Below, in pieces: positions 37,500 through 45,316 of a DNA stretch of 56,328 nucleotides. Source of the stretch: a virus (taxonomy: Duplodnaviria > Caudoviricetes); IMG/VR virus record IMGVR_UViG_3300021963_000154, positions 1 to 56,328 of that record. The stretch is one strand, 5' to 3'. The translations under genes and the position numbers were made by a program. The notes beneath the pieces were generated by a model that searched no databases, was not told the origin of the DNA, and saw only the letters and a list, made by a program, of their open reading frames with translations. How positions within the stretch are numbered: the first letter of the stretch is position 1; the number at the start of each line of letters is the position of its first letter.

Positions 37500-37977
37500 T
37501 CTGGAGCTGAAGCTTGCGTTCAAGGTTGGTGATCACATCATCCAGCACGCCAGAGTGCTTGACCTCAATCGGTGCTTCCTTGTCGCCAGCAATCGTTGTG
37601 CGCTCGCCATACTTCTTGGGCTTGAGCTTGGATGCCACCCACTTACGGGCATCAACACGCAACCGATTGCGCTGGATGCCAGCAGGATCAACCCGCTTGG
37701 TGACCTTCCCATCCTCGTCGGTGATGACCATCATGGGGACTTCTTCCCCGATGTCCACGATCTCGTCGGAGTAGGTATCCGCTTGATCTTCCCGCGCGCG
37801 AGCGTATTTGTCACAAAAGTCTTTGTCTTTGAACAACCACCGATACACAGTCGCCACCGTGGGCATATGCTCATCCTTGCATATCTTGGTGAGTGACTGT
37901 CCCTCCGCTATGCGTGTACATATCTCGACAGCGAGGTCTTCGGTGTACTTCGTAGGTCTTCCCATCTTAGCCATCAT
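37486..37977 (-). CDS. terS: Terminase small subunit
   Basis: GRPTKYT...ICTRIAEGQSL..IC...MP...TVYRWL...YARARE, RLRVDARKW.ASKL.PKKYG. Confidence 0.9.
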   Translation of the reverse strand: MMAKMGRPTKYTEDLAVEICTRIAEGQSLTKICKDEHMPTVATVYRWLFKDKDFCDKYARAREDQADTYSDEIVDIGEEVPMMVITDEDGKVTKRVDPAGIQRNRLRVDARKWVASKLKPKKYGERTTIAGDKEAPIEVKHSGVLDDVITNLERKLQLQNEED

Positions 37978-38029
37978 GCTTTCTCTCAAGGCATTGTGAT
38001 GGTGGAATTGTAGTGTTGTTTCGGCGCAT

Positions 38030-38430
38030 TCGCTACTTCCTGTTTATGCGGACTAGGAAACAGTACGGAGTCTTCGGGCAAAACTCCCCCAAGGGTAGCC
38101 GTAGCCGCCCCCGAGGTGTTCCGTGCTGACTGAGGTATCCAGTGACTATCGCAACGGGCTGTGCTTATCGCTCATTATTCCAGCACAACTGATCAGACTA
38201 TCGCTCCCTAATGTGCGGGAACCCGATACCGCTCTGACCGAGCTTGTCATCACAGGGTGCTCTGGATTCAGCTCTCCCGCCAGATTGACCTGACGGAGCT
38301 ACACCCATTGCGTGGTGCTACCTGTGACCGCTCTCAACTCCCACGGTTGGCGCTTTCGCTTAGTTCGCCACTTCCATCTACATGACCCGATGCGTATTCA
38401 GCCTAAAATCATCATGTATGACGGGAAAAT
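38030..38430 (-). ncRNA. Candidate large structured non-coding RNA upstream of terS
   Basis: No credible ORF; many nested stems (TACATGA/TCATGTA, TCACAGG/CCTGTGA, GGTCAGA/TCTGATC, TGTGCT/AGCACA). Confidence 0.45.
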
Positions 38431-38545
38431 AAAAAAAACCGCTTTAGTCTATGCCCCGATTGGAAATTTGATCTTTGTGGGATCAAGCCCCCTTGCGGGG
38501 CGGGACACAGATTAAAGCGGTCTTCTCTCATCGGATTTCCAAGCC
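38431..38545 (-). ncRNA. c4-antisense-like RNA / attenuator
   Basis: Long basal stem (38438-38457 with 38502-38521) followed by a U-tract, GCAA-capped and TTGATC/GATCAA inner hairpins, unpaired AUUUCCAA complementary to upstream UUGGAAAU (38535-38542). Confidence 0.6.
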
Positions 38546-38560
38546 CGACAATATAATTAA

Positions 38561-38588
38561 ATTTTACTACTCCTACATACTTTGTCAA
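38561..38588 (-). promoter_or_regulatory. Sigma70-type promoter
   Basis: TTGACA-N16-TAAAAT on the minus strand, directly upstream of the c4-like element. Confidence 0.65.
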
Positions 38589-38599
38589 GCGATTTAATA

Positions 38600-38839
38600 C
38601 TACAACTCGTAATCTGGATCGTAATCCCAAAAAATGACTGGGGTAGCATCACCAACATAAGCACCCTCGACATTGAACGATATCCACTCTCTCGCCTCCT
38701 CCTCGGTCATGCCTTCCGACATGAAGTGCTCGACCATCTTATTGCCGCTATAGACCGTCCTAAGCACCTTGGCTCCATTTGTAAGCCAGACCTCGCTCAT
38801 TCCTACAAGGGCGCTATCTAATCCGTCAAAAGTAATCAT
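38600..38839 (-). CDS. Conserved phage hypothetical protein
   Basis: DGLDSALVG...VYS...GMTEEEAREWISFNVEGAYVG..TP; AAGGA RBS. Confidence 0.7.
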   Translation of the reverse strand: MITFDGLDSALVGMSEVWLTNGAKVLRTVYSGNKMVEHFMSEGMTEEEAREWISFNVEGAYVGDATPVIFWDYDPDYEL

Positions 38840-38856
38840 TGGTGTCCTTTGTTTGG

Positions 38857-38962
38857 GTGGGTTCCCATAAAGCAGGGTCGAAATCAAAGATTGGCGAGAG
38901 TGCAAGTGCCTGCCAAGGTACTCATTTCTACGCCAGTTGGGGCGCTAACCCCCAACACCCAC
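38857..38962 (-). ncRNA. Candidate ~105-nt multi-stem RNA element
   Basis: Closing GTGGGT/ACCCAC enclosing hairpins GTTGGGGG-TTAGCG-CCCCAAC, TGGCG..CGCCA and CCC-TGCTTTAT-GGG; intergenic. Confidence 0.45.
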
Positions 38963-38978
38963 TTACACAGTATATCCG

Positions 38979-39059
38979 CTACAGCATGACAAGTAGCACC
39001 ATCAGGACGGTAAAAGATATCCCTGCCAGCACCTCATCCCAGAACTTGTATTCCCTCAT
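38979..39059 (-). CDS. 26-aa TM peptide
   Basis: MREYKFWDEVLAGISFTVLMVLLVML*; GGAGG RBS, ATGA overlap. Confidence 0.45.
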   Translation of the reverse strand: MREYKFWDEVLAGISFTVLMVLLVML

Positions 39060-39256
39060 AATTCCTCCACAGTGATCCGATATTTCTTGCCAGTGACATC
39101 CGTCACATCGATTGTCTTCTTGGTACTCAGGAATGACCCATCCTCTGACAGGTCGTACTCGATGCTCTCCACATCCTTGAGCATCCCCTCGTGGTTATCA
39201 TCAACCTCCCGCAGGAAGGTGTAAATCAGGTGAGCGATGTAGTCACAGTAGCTCAT
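39056..39256 (-). CDS. Hypothetical early protein
   Basis: ORF with GGAG RBS and ATGA coupling. Confidence 0.6.
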   Translation of the reverse strand: MSYCDYIAHLIYTFLREVDDNHEGMLKDVESIEYDLSEDGSFLSTKKTIDVTDVTGKKYRITVEEL

Positions 39257-39456
39257 GCTCGCTCCGCAATCTCGTGCTTGATCTCGGCGATCAGTTCGTC
39301 ATCCAGCTTGCGCTCCAGCCACATAGCACGGCGACCACGGCGGTCACACACCTCGAACTCGCTAACGACATTGTTGTACATCCCACTGCGGCGGACATCT
39401 AACGCAGTGACATTGATGATTGCTGGGATTCCTGCGACGCGGTATTCAAATTGCAT
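39253..39456 (-). CDS. Hypothetical early protein
   Basis: MQFEYRVAGIP...EFEVCDRRGRRAMWLERKL; GGAG RBS. Confidence 0.7.
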   Translation of the reverse strand: MQFEYRVAGIPAIINVTALDVRRSGMYNNVVSEFEVCDRRGRRAMWLERKLDDELIAEIKHEIAERA

Positions 39457-39661
39457 GGTTAATCTCCAATGAAGCCAAAACTCTCTTGCCGACGCGACCG
39501 CTCGGATCAATTGAAGCGTAGCGCTGGCTGTAACTTGGGCGGGCGCTACGGGCGGTGCTCGGAACAATCGCTTCCCATGTCGTCGAGATGCTGATAAAGC
39601 CGTTGTCGTGCCGCACAACCGTGTACTGTTTGCTGTTGATGTTGATGTATTGTTTTTGCAT
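39446..39661 (-). CDS. Hypothetical early protein
   Basis: AGGAG RBS preceded by a GCAA-loop hairpin. Confidence 0.6.
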   Translation of the reverse strand: MQKQYININSKQYTVVRHDNGFISISTTWEAIVPSTARSARPSYSQRYASIDPSGRVGKRVLASLEINHAI

Positions 39662-39692
39662 GTTGCTCTCCTAGTGGAGGCTTGCGCCCCTG

Positions 39693-39890
39693 TTAATTTA
39701 ATTTGTAGATTTGTGTATCGGCGTTGTATTGCAGTTCACTGCCAAATACGCGCCTTGCCGCAATGAATGAGATGTTGGTCATGCGCATTGCGCGGTAGCC
39801 TTTGCGAAACGATGGGTGGTAAAAACGATCCTCGGAGCTGTTCAAGTAAGCACCGTCTTTTAGCAACTCTACGATTTTGTCTTTGTTCAT
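39693..39890 (-). CDS. Hypothetical early protein
   Basis: GGGAGAG RBS, first gene after the duplicated promoter cassette. Confidence 0.6.
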   Translation of the reverse strand: MNKDKIVELLKDGAYLNSSEDRFYHPSFRKGYRAMRMTNISFIAARRVFGSELQYNADTQIYKLN

Positions 39891-39895
39891 CTCAT

Positions 39896-39990
39896 CTCTC
39901 CCAGTTGTCCTGACTGCGTTGTCAGTGATTAAATATTAACACGATATTAACGATTGTGCATATATTTAACTAGGGACTTACCCTAATGTC
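39896..39990 (-). promoter_or_regulatory. Early promoter/leader cassette, copy 1
   Basis: CTGAC/GTCAG leader hairpin, TTAACGATT box (39947-39955) and TAGGG..TACCCTA palindrome; imperfect repeat of 42082-42190. Confidence 0.65.
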
Positions 39991-39999
39991 GCTTTTGAG

Positions 40000-40242
40000 C
40001 TACAGGTTAATGATTTTGGGGAGCTTCATGATGTGATCAATGGTGATCTCCTCATCCCTCAGGGGCGACGATTTGTAGCAGGTGTCATGTAGGTCACACC
40101 ATTCACGATTAATGCACTCACAGGGCTTCTGGTGGCTTCTGGCGGCATCCCACGCGGCGCACCACACATCGTATGCAAATGACTCCGACTTCGTCCCCAT
40201 GCGAGCGTCGTACCACTTGCGAAATTCCTGATCACGATCCAC
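40000..40242 (-). CDS. Hypothetical protein
   Basis: ORF overlapping the upstream gene, EFRKWY...W.AAW. Confidence 0.5.
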   Translation of the reverse strand: MDRDQEFRKWYDARMGTKSESFAYDVWCAAWDAARSHQKPCECINREWCDLHDTCYKSSPLRDEEITIDHIMKLPKIINL

Positions 40243-40453
40243 CGTTCTTCTCCTTCCTTAAAACTTCAGCAACCCGTACTAGCTCAACCATATCTTCGTG
40301 ACTGATTCTGCCAACCCACTCATGCCCCTCTTTGTAGAAAGCAATGTCCAGTAGATGTGCGCCGCTTGTCGAGTATATGGGTAGCGCAATGAATGGAGTA
40401 GTGTTGTTGTGCCATGCTATCTTTGCGCGTCTGATTAAATCGTCATCATTCAC
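40232..40453 (-). CDS. Hypothetical protein
   Basis: ORF coupled to neighbours; EWVG...EVLRKEKN. Confidence 0.55.
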   Translation of the reverse strand: MNDDDLIRRAKIAWHNNTTPFIALPIYSTSGAHLLDIAFYKEGHEWVGRISHEDMVELVRVAEVLRKEKNGGS

Positions 40454-40892
40454 CGTTCTTCTCCTTGAGTTTGGCTTCTGCCCATCTTGTAATATTCAAA
40501 AACGATTTGTCACCCGCATAAGTTTCGGGTATATCATCCAAATGCAGACCGACCCATTCACGCTTGGGTGGTGCGGTGTAGAGGGGAATCAGTTTGACAG
40601 GGGTATTAAAAATAGGGGGCTTTTCTTCCCCATACAACATTAGCTTTTTATCGTCCTGTGTTAACACCATCCACGCCACAGGCTCTTGCTCAGGCTTTTG
40701 CTTCTCTGCTTGCTCGATGGCTTGAATCTCAGGCAGCAACTCAACCTTATACTCAGCGTCAATGCCAATCTCCCACAGGTGTTCAAACTTAGCCAACGCT
40801 TGCATCAGAATCAAACAATAGACAATCCCGCAAATTATTGAACTTGAGATAAAAAACAAAGACAAATCAAATACAACAGATTCAAAAGTCAT
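40446..40892 (-). CDS. Hypothetical protein with EPVAW...PLYTAPP..EWVGL module
   Basis: Motif common in accessory genes of proteobacterial phages; N-terminal hydrophobic segment. Confidence 0.6.
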   Translation of the reverse strand: MTFESVVFDLSLFFISSSIICGIVYCLILMQALAKFEHLWEIGIDAEYKVELLPEIQAIEQAEKQKPEQEPVAWMVLTQDDKKLMLYGEEKPPIFNTPVKLIPLYTAPPKREWVGLHLDDIPETYAGDKSFLNITRWAEAKLKEKNGE

Positions 40893-41110
40893 TCTCGCCC
40901 CCCGTTCATGGCCCGATCGACCTGATCGTTTAACTGCTTCTCAGTCACCATAAACAACTGGTGCGTTGATCTGTTCAACCAACGGTAGCGGTCTGCGTCT
41001 TCCTTCAATGCTCGCACGATGTTAGCTACTTGCTTCATCTCTTCATGCGTCATTAGGTAGCCGTTGTCTAGCACACGCAACAACTGTGCGTAGTCTCGGA
41101 GGTCTCTCAT
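40889..41110 (-). CDS. Hypothetical protein
   Basis: DADRYRWL motif; ATGA coupling. Confidence 0.6.
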   Translation of the reverse strand: MRDLRDYAQLLRVLDNGYLMTHEEMKQVANIVRALKEDADRYRWLNRSTHQLFMVTEKQLNDQVDRAMNGGRE

Positions 41111-41388
41111 CTTGTTGCTCCTGACATAGGCATCAAAGGCATAATCGGCATCAATGGCATCACAGGAGGCACAGGAGGCACAGGAGCCACCACAGGAGGC
41201 GATTGGAAGGTGGGTGGGGGTAATGTAGGGGGAGGTTGTGTCGCCGTCCCTACGGGCTGTCCGTACTGGTTTGAGTAGTAGGTCGTGTTGCCCACCGTGG
41301 TCGAGCTACCGACTGGTTGACCGTACTGGTTGCTGTAGATGGTTTGTGCGCTGGCATTAAACGCCAACAGGATGATCAGGTATTTCAT
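41107..41388 (-). CDS. Predicted secreted/periplasmic small protein
   Basis: Signal peptide MKYLIILLAFNASA|Q, duplicated YSNQYGQPVG, Pro/Met-rich tail. Confidence 0.65.
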   Translation of the reverse strand: MKYLIILLAFNASAQTIYSNQYGQPVGSSTTVGNTTYYSNQYGQPVGTATQPPPTLPPPTFQSPPVVAPVPPVPPVMPLMPIMPLMPMSGATR

Positions 41389-41579
41389 ACGAACTCCGAT
41401 TGCAAAGGGTTGAGCGTCTTGAAGTAGGTGTCACGCACCATCTCATAATATTCTGCGCCACGCTTGGTGCGGTTGTGTAGGTTGCCGTCCTCATCGGACA
41501 GGTCACCCATGTGGTGCGAGACGACACGCATGATCATCTCGATCTGCTGCTCAGTCAGTTGTACTGTAATCTTGTTCAT
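41385..41579 (-). CDS. Hypothetical protein
   Basis: GGAGG RBS, ATGA coupling. Confidence 0.6.
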   Translation of the reverse strand: MNKITVQLTEQQIEMIMRVVSHHMGDLSDEDGNLHNRTKRGAEYYEMVRDTYFKTLNPLQSEFV

Positions 41580-41752
41580 AGTTCCTCCATCGATACTAGC
41601 TCAACGATCAGGTCGTAATGCTCACCGTCCTGACGACTAAATGATTCAGCCTTCTTGAGAACTTCTGGCTTGCTCTCAGCGAAGGCGAAGTCCACAACAC
41701 CACCATCACGGTCAACCAACTCTGCGATCCACTCATATACGATTCGATTCAT
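41576..41752 (-). CDS. 58-aa hypothetical protein (below the ORF-track cutoff)
   Basis: MNRIVYEWIAELVDRDGGVVDF...SMEEL*; AGGAG RBS after a UUCG-loop hairpin. Confidence 0.6.
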   Translation of the reverse strand: MNRIVYEWIAELVDRDGGVVDFAFAESKPEVLKKAESFSRQDGEHYDLIVELVSMEEL

Positions 41753-41783
41753 GATTGCTCCTAGCCCCCGAAGGGGCGTCTGA

Positions 41784-42077
41784 TTAGCGGGTTGTTATCT
41801 TGACGCTGAACACAGCAGTCGTCTTGGTGTACTTGGCTAACTGGTCGGCAGTAACGCCGATGTCAGCGCAGAGCTTCTTGTAGTCAACTGTCGAGCGATT
41901 GGACTCAATGAATGTAGCCTTGAACATAGCACCCTCGTAGACCTTGTCGCCACCGCTTGTAGCTGCGTCCTTGATACTATCCTTGATTGCGTCAGCCTTG
42001 GCTGTCAGATCGGCAATCTGTGCCAACAACATACCGAGTTCGTCAACTTGATTCAAAGCGATTTCTGTAACTTGCAT
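41784..42077 (-). CDS. Conserved phage hypothetical protein
   Basis: VDELG.L.AQIADL...IKD.IK...EG.MFKA...VDYK; first gene after a TTGACA promoter. Confidence 0.7.
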   Translation of the reverse strand: MQVTEIALNQVDELGMLLAQIADLTAKADAIKDSIKDAATSGGDKVYEGAMFKATFIESNRSTVDYKKLCADIGVTADQLAKYTKTTAVFSVKITTR

Positions 42078-42081
42078 TTTC

Positions 42082-42190
42082 CTCTCCCATTTGTTCCTGA
42101 CTACGCTGTCAGTACCGTTACTATAATCTTAACGATTATGATCTGTCAAACGGTTTGTGCAAATTATTTTGCTAGGCGTTTACCCTAATG
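42082..42190 (-). promoter_or_regulatory. Early promoter/leader cassette, copy 2
   Basis: TTGACA (42144-42149)-N18-TATAGT with the TTAACGATT box (42129-42137) in the spacer; same leader hairpin and TACCCTAATG as copy 1. Confidence 0.7.
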
Positions 42191-43391
42191 CTGTTTTTAT
42201 GCTATTCCCGATCCATTGCATGACTGGTACAGCCATTGATCGCCCTAGTGCGTTATATCTTTTGGCTATAGATGGATTGCCAATATTCGTCCAGTTATCA
42301 GGGAATCCTTGTAGCCGCTCGCATTCAATTGGAGTAAGCCTCCTGACTTTATAGTCATAGGAAATCGCATGAACTCCTGTGGCGTTTAATGTGAAACTAA
42401 CCTCCTCATTGATCCCAATGCCATTCCCGCCGTTGTGGTGCTCCCTATCAATAATATTTTCAACAATTGAATAGGCGACTAAGTCAGTAGCAGACTTCCA
42501 GTCACGAGCACTTATGGTTGAGGCAACAGTATTTGAACCATATTGGAGGATTCCTTGCCGATCAAAAGTTTGCACAAATGGAACATTGTTTCCGCCAGTC
42601 CCCCAGCGGGCAGTAATGGTTGGAAAAACATTAACTTCTTTAATTTTAAAATCCATCATATGTTGTTCGTATGCGATTGCTCGTTTGCAATCTTGATCAA
42701 CGCTTCCTCCAGCAGTGGCGGGATTTTTTTGCCCCTTACTTTCATTCTGTTTAGTAACCTTTCGCAGGTTGAGGGCTTCAAGAAGTATCGGCTTTCTACC
42801 TTTCCAGTTTCCAGTATCGAGGAGAGCAAAGACTCTACGCCTCCGTTGCGGAACTCCGAACCATTGAGCGTCCAACACTGCCCATTCACACAATGAATCT
42901 CTACCGCAGACAACGCCCTCGTTTCCCCAAACAAGTCCACCGTCACGGAATTTGACCCCAACCAATGTCTCAAGAATTGTTCCAAAATCTTTACCCTCCT
43001 GACTAGATAATGCACCAGCTACATTTTCCCATAGCATGAACCGTGCGCCACAGTGTTTTTGAGCCAACCTAAAGACTCTCACACCCTCAAAAAATAATAT
43101 TGATGAGTGATTTTCATCCTCCTTAATTGCATTTAATCCTGCGCGTTTTCCTGAAATACTCATGTCCTGACACGGCGAGCCAAACACAACAACATCAATT
43201 TTCCCAAGTTTAATCAGGTCATTCTCAGTTATCTTTGTAACATCACCAAGATTAGGAACATCAGGGTAATGATGCTTCAACACAGAGGACTGATACGGCA
43301 ATATTTCAGATACGCCTACACACTCCCATCCCAGCGGTTTCCATGCCACAGACACGGCTTCAATGCCGCTAAACAGGCTCAGGTATCTCAT
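42180..43391 (-). CDS. C5-cytosine DNA methyltransferase family, candidate carboxymethyltransferase
   Basis: Motifs I LFSGIEA, IV GSPCQ, VI ENV, VIII QRRRRVF, IX RRLTPIECERLQGFPD, X LGRSMAVPV (Arg in place of the usual Asn). Confidence 0.9.
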   Translation of the reverse strand: MRYLSLFSGIEAVSVAWKPLGWECVGVSEILPYQSSVLKHHYPDVPNLGDVTKITENDLIKLGKIDVVVFGSPCQDMSISGKRAGLNAIKEDENHSSILFFEGVRVFRLAQKHCGARFMLWENVAGALSSQEGKDFGTILETLVGVKFRDGGLVWGNEGVVCGRDSLCEWAVLDAQWFGVPQRRRRVFALLDTGNWKGRKPILLEALNLRKVTKQNESKGQKNPATAGGSVDQDCKRAIAYEQHMMDFKIKEVNVFPTITARWGTGGNNVPFVQTFDRQGILQYGSNTVASTISARDWKSATDLVAYSIVENIIDREHHNGGNGIGINEEVSFTLNATGVHAISYDYKVRRLTPIECERLQGFPDNWTNIGNPSIAKRYNALGRSMAVPVMQWIGNSIKTALG

Positions 43392-44023
43392 CCTTCAATC
43401 ACCCAGCCCACGAACTCGCCAAGCCTGAAGAACTCTTTAAACTCCAGTGTTTCGTTTTCATCAAATGGTCTTTGAATTCCGCTCAAGCTCAATTCCTTGT
43501 TTATTATTTCATCAGGTGAAGCACCATTTTTTAGCTTGTAATCAAATGTCATTCGTCTCAATACCGTTCCAAAATAGCCGCCTTCAACAGTTATTTTGTC
43601 CACAATAATAATTATTCCGCCTTCAATCATTTTGTCTTTTAATTTTTCAATCAAGCAAGACCTTTCGCTTTTTGTCATAAACATCAAAACTAAAAAACAA
43701 ACCGCTACATCAAATTTTTCGTAACTAAAATATGCCGCATCCGCTTTCGTGCAAACCCCGTAACCGTTCCATGTCGAAACCATATCCCCGCTGTTATCAA
43801 TAGAAATTACTTCTGTTTCACGATCCCTTGCAAAACCAGCGATTGCCTTTGTTATATTTCCTGTGGATGCGCCGATGTCGTATAGCCGACCATGTTTAGG
43901 CAAGTAATTACGAACAATCATTGAAACGGCATGAGTCAACATTGAATAAAAAGGAAGTTGCTCATTAACATGCATATCAAAATTTTCACCTGTCATTTCG
44001 CCTGAGAATTTAAAATCTTTCAT
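43388..44023 (-). CDS. CmoA-like SAM-dependent enzyme (candidate carboxy-SAM synthase)
   Basis: F..HV..QLPFY, YDIGASTG, IDNS..M, LVLMFM, GG.I..VDK, K..NG.S.DEI..K, matching the CmoA layout (VYDLGCSLG, IDNSPAM, FTLQFL, KRANGYSELEISQK). Confidence 0.75.
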   Translation of the reverse strand: MKDFKFSGEMTGENFDMHVNEQLPFYSMLTHAVSMIVRNYLPKHGRLYDIGASTGNITKAIAGFARDRETEVISIDNSGDMVSTWNGYGVCTKADAAYFSYEKFDVAVCFLVLMFMTKSERSCLIEKLKDKMIEGGIIIIVDKITVEGGYFGTVLRRMTFDYKLKNGASPDEIINKELSLSGIQRPFDENETLEFKEFFRLGEFVGWVIEG

Positions 44024-44091
44024 TTTGTTTATCCTATTAATTTTTACATCAATTTGAAGGTACTCTTGTTAATTATATATTAACGATTGAT

Positions 44092-44349
44092 TTAATCAAA
44101 AAGCCTCTCAATGGTGACATTCAGTGCGTCCAACTCGTCCATCTTCTTGATCGCCCACATACGCTTCTGCCCGTGCCAGCCCATCAGACTGCCCTGATGA
44201 CAGTCCTTGCAGAGCGCCACAACGGTGTACTGGCGGTGTTGTTTGATGTGGTGGGCATCAGAGGGTGGGGGAGCGTCACAAACGCTACAGGCAAGCTCCT
44301 TGACCCGTCCCACATGCTCTCGTTGCTTAGCGGTCAGCTTGTTGTTCAC
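44092..44349 (-). CDS. Ref-like (RecA-dependent/HNH-like) Zn nuclease
   Basis: REHVGRVKELACSVC...DAHHI...VALCKDCHQG...GWHG. Confidence 0.7.
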   Translation of the reverse strand: MNNKLTAKQREHVGRVKELACSVCDAPPPSDAHHIKQHRQYTVVALCKDCHQGSLMGWHGQKRMWAIKKMDELDALNVTIERLFD

Positions 44350-44510
44350 TTGTTCGCCCCGTAGGTTCTCTGACACCAGTCACACAGCCCATCTTTCAAG
44401 CGGCTGTACTGTCCGCAGGTATCGCACTCATCGATCCCGTCTCGGACTTGTGGGGCATCGATCCCGTTGATGCGATCTGCAATTCGTTTAATCAGGTCTG
44501 CGATAATCAT
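44346..44510 (-). CDS. 54-aa Zn-finger-like protein
   Basis: ECDTCG...LCDWC; GTGA overlap with the next gene. Confidence 0.55.
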   Translation of the reverse strand: MIIADLIKRIADRINGIDAPQVRDGIDECDTCGQYSRLKDGLCDWCQRTYGANK

Positions 44511-44667
44511 CCCTCACCTCTCCGTTTGGGTAATAAAGCCTCCCGCCAATGCGGGATGGGTATGCAAACATATTCAAGCAATTAGGGCGTGTCGCCATCT
44601 TGCTCATCGGCAGACACCTGTATAACTTTGCCCACCGATCAACAACCTCTTGCTTCTTCTTTCTCAT
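44488..44667 (-). CDS. 59-aa hypothetical protein
   Basis: MRKKKQEVVDRW...YPSRIGGRLYYPNG; ATGA coupling. Confidence 0.5.
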   Translation of the reverse strand: MRKKKQEVVDRWAKLYRCLPMSKMATRPNCLNMFAYPSRIGGRLYYPNGEVRDDYRRPD

Positions 44668-44867
44668 GGTTTATTGCGCACCATCGCCTCAGCCATACCC
44701 CAACATAATTTAGCGGCTTGATCAACGCTCATTCCAATTGCGTTCCAATCTAAGCTCTCAAGCGCCGCAACCGCAAACTCATGCTCCTGACGCTCGGTGT
44801 CGGAGGCAATCGCTATCGCCAGCTCCTGAATGTGTTCCTGTACATCATCTGTCTTTTTAGTGGCCAT
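44664..44867 (-). CDS. Small helical protein (FA..A...AEAM family)
   Basis: HEFAVAAL...AKLCWGMAEAMV. Confidence 0.6.
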   Translation of the reverse strand: MATKKTDDVQEHIQELAIAIASDTERQEHEFAVAALESLDWNAIGMSVDQAAKLCWGMAEAMVRNKP

Positions 44868-44964
44868 TGAACTTCCTTTCAAGGTAAATAGTTAAAACGA
44901 TTACGAGCGCCCCGATCGCTGTCAGAATGATTGGTGCTAGTACGATGGCGATCACTATGCTCAT
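44857..44964 (-). CDS. 35-aa TM peptide
   Basis: MSIVIAIVLAPIILTAIGALVIVLTIYLERKFNGH*; fills the gap. Confidence 0.4.
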   Translation of the reverse strand: MSIVIAIVLAPIILTAIGALVIVLTIYLERKFNGH

Positions 44965-44980
44965 GTTAATACAAAATTAA

Positions 44981-45316
44981 CTACAGTGTGAGTTTATCTT
45001 GCGTCCGATTGGTTGCTTCCTGTGAACGCCAGACCTCGATCCTTGCCTGTGCAGCGATCAAGTCCCACCGAAGCTTCTCCTCGGTCTCTACAGCCTCCCT
45101 GAGACCTTCTAGGAGCGCAGAATAGTCGTCATGAGCATACGCATCACGCTCCTGCGCTGCAATCACTTTCTGACCGCTATTCTGCATGAGGATCGCCTTC
45201 AGAGACTTCCTGTACTCCTCAATGTAGACACGCTCAGCCCGCGCCTTGGCAAACCTGCCAGCGTTCTGGATGATGTAATCGACTGCGTCGTTTGGATCAA
45301 TTTTTCGTTCGCTCAA
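44981..45316 (-). CDS. Conserved phage coiled-coil protein
   Basis: AKARAERVYIEEYRKSLKA.LM...QERDAYA...IEVWRSQEA. Confidence 0.7.
   Translation of the reverse strand: MSERKIDPNDAVDYIIQNAGRFAKARAERVYIEEYRKSLKAILMQNSGQKVIAAQERDAYAHDDYSALLEGLREAVETEEKLRWDLIAAQARIEVWRSQEATNRTQDKLTL

Noticed and set aside
38312-38630. Short ORFs 38312..38515 (+) and 38412..38630 (-)
   Set aside because: No RBS or protein-like motifs; they overlap the promoter and RNA stems, so a non-coding reading fits better
38857-38962. Pistol or twister ribozyme, or tRNA, identity for this element
   Set aside because: GGTTAGCGCC superficially resembles pistol P1, but the complementary pseudoknot strand and conserved linker are absent; no T-loop/anticodon cloverleaf
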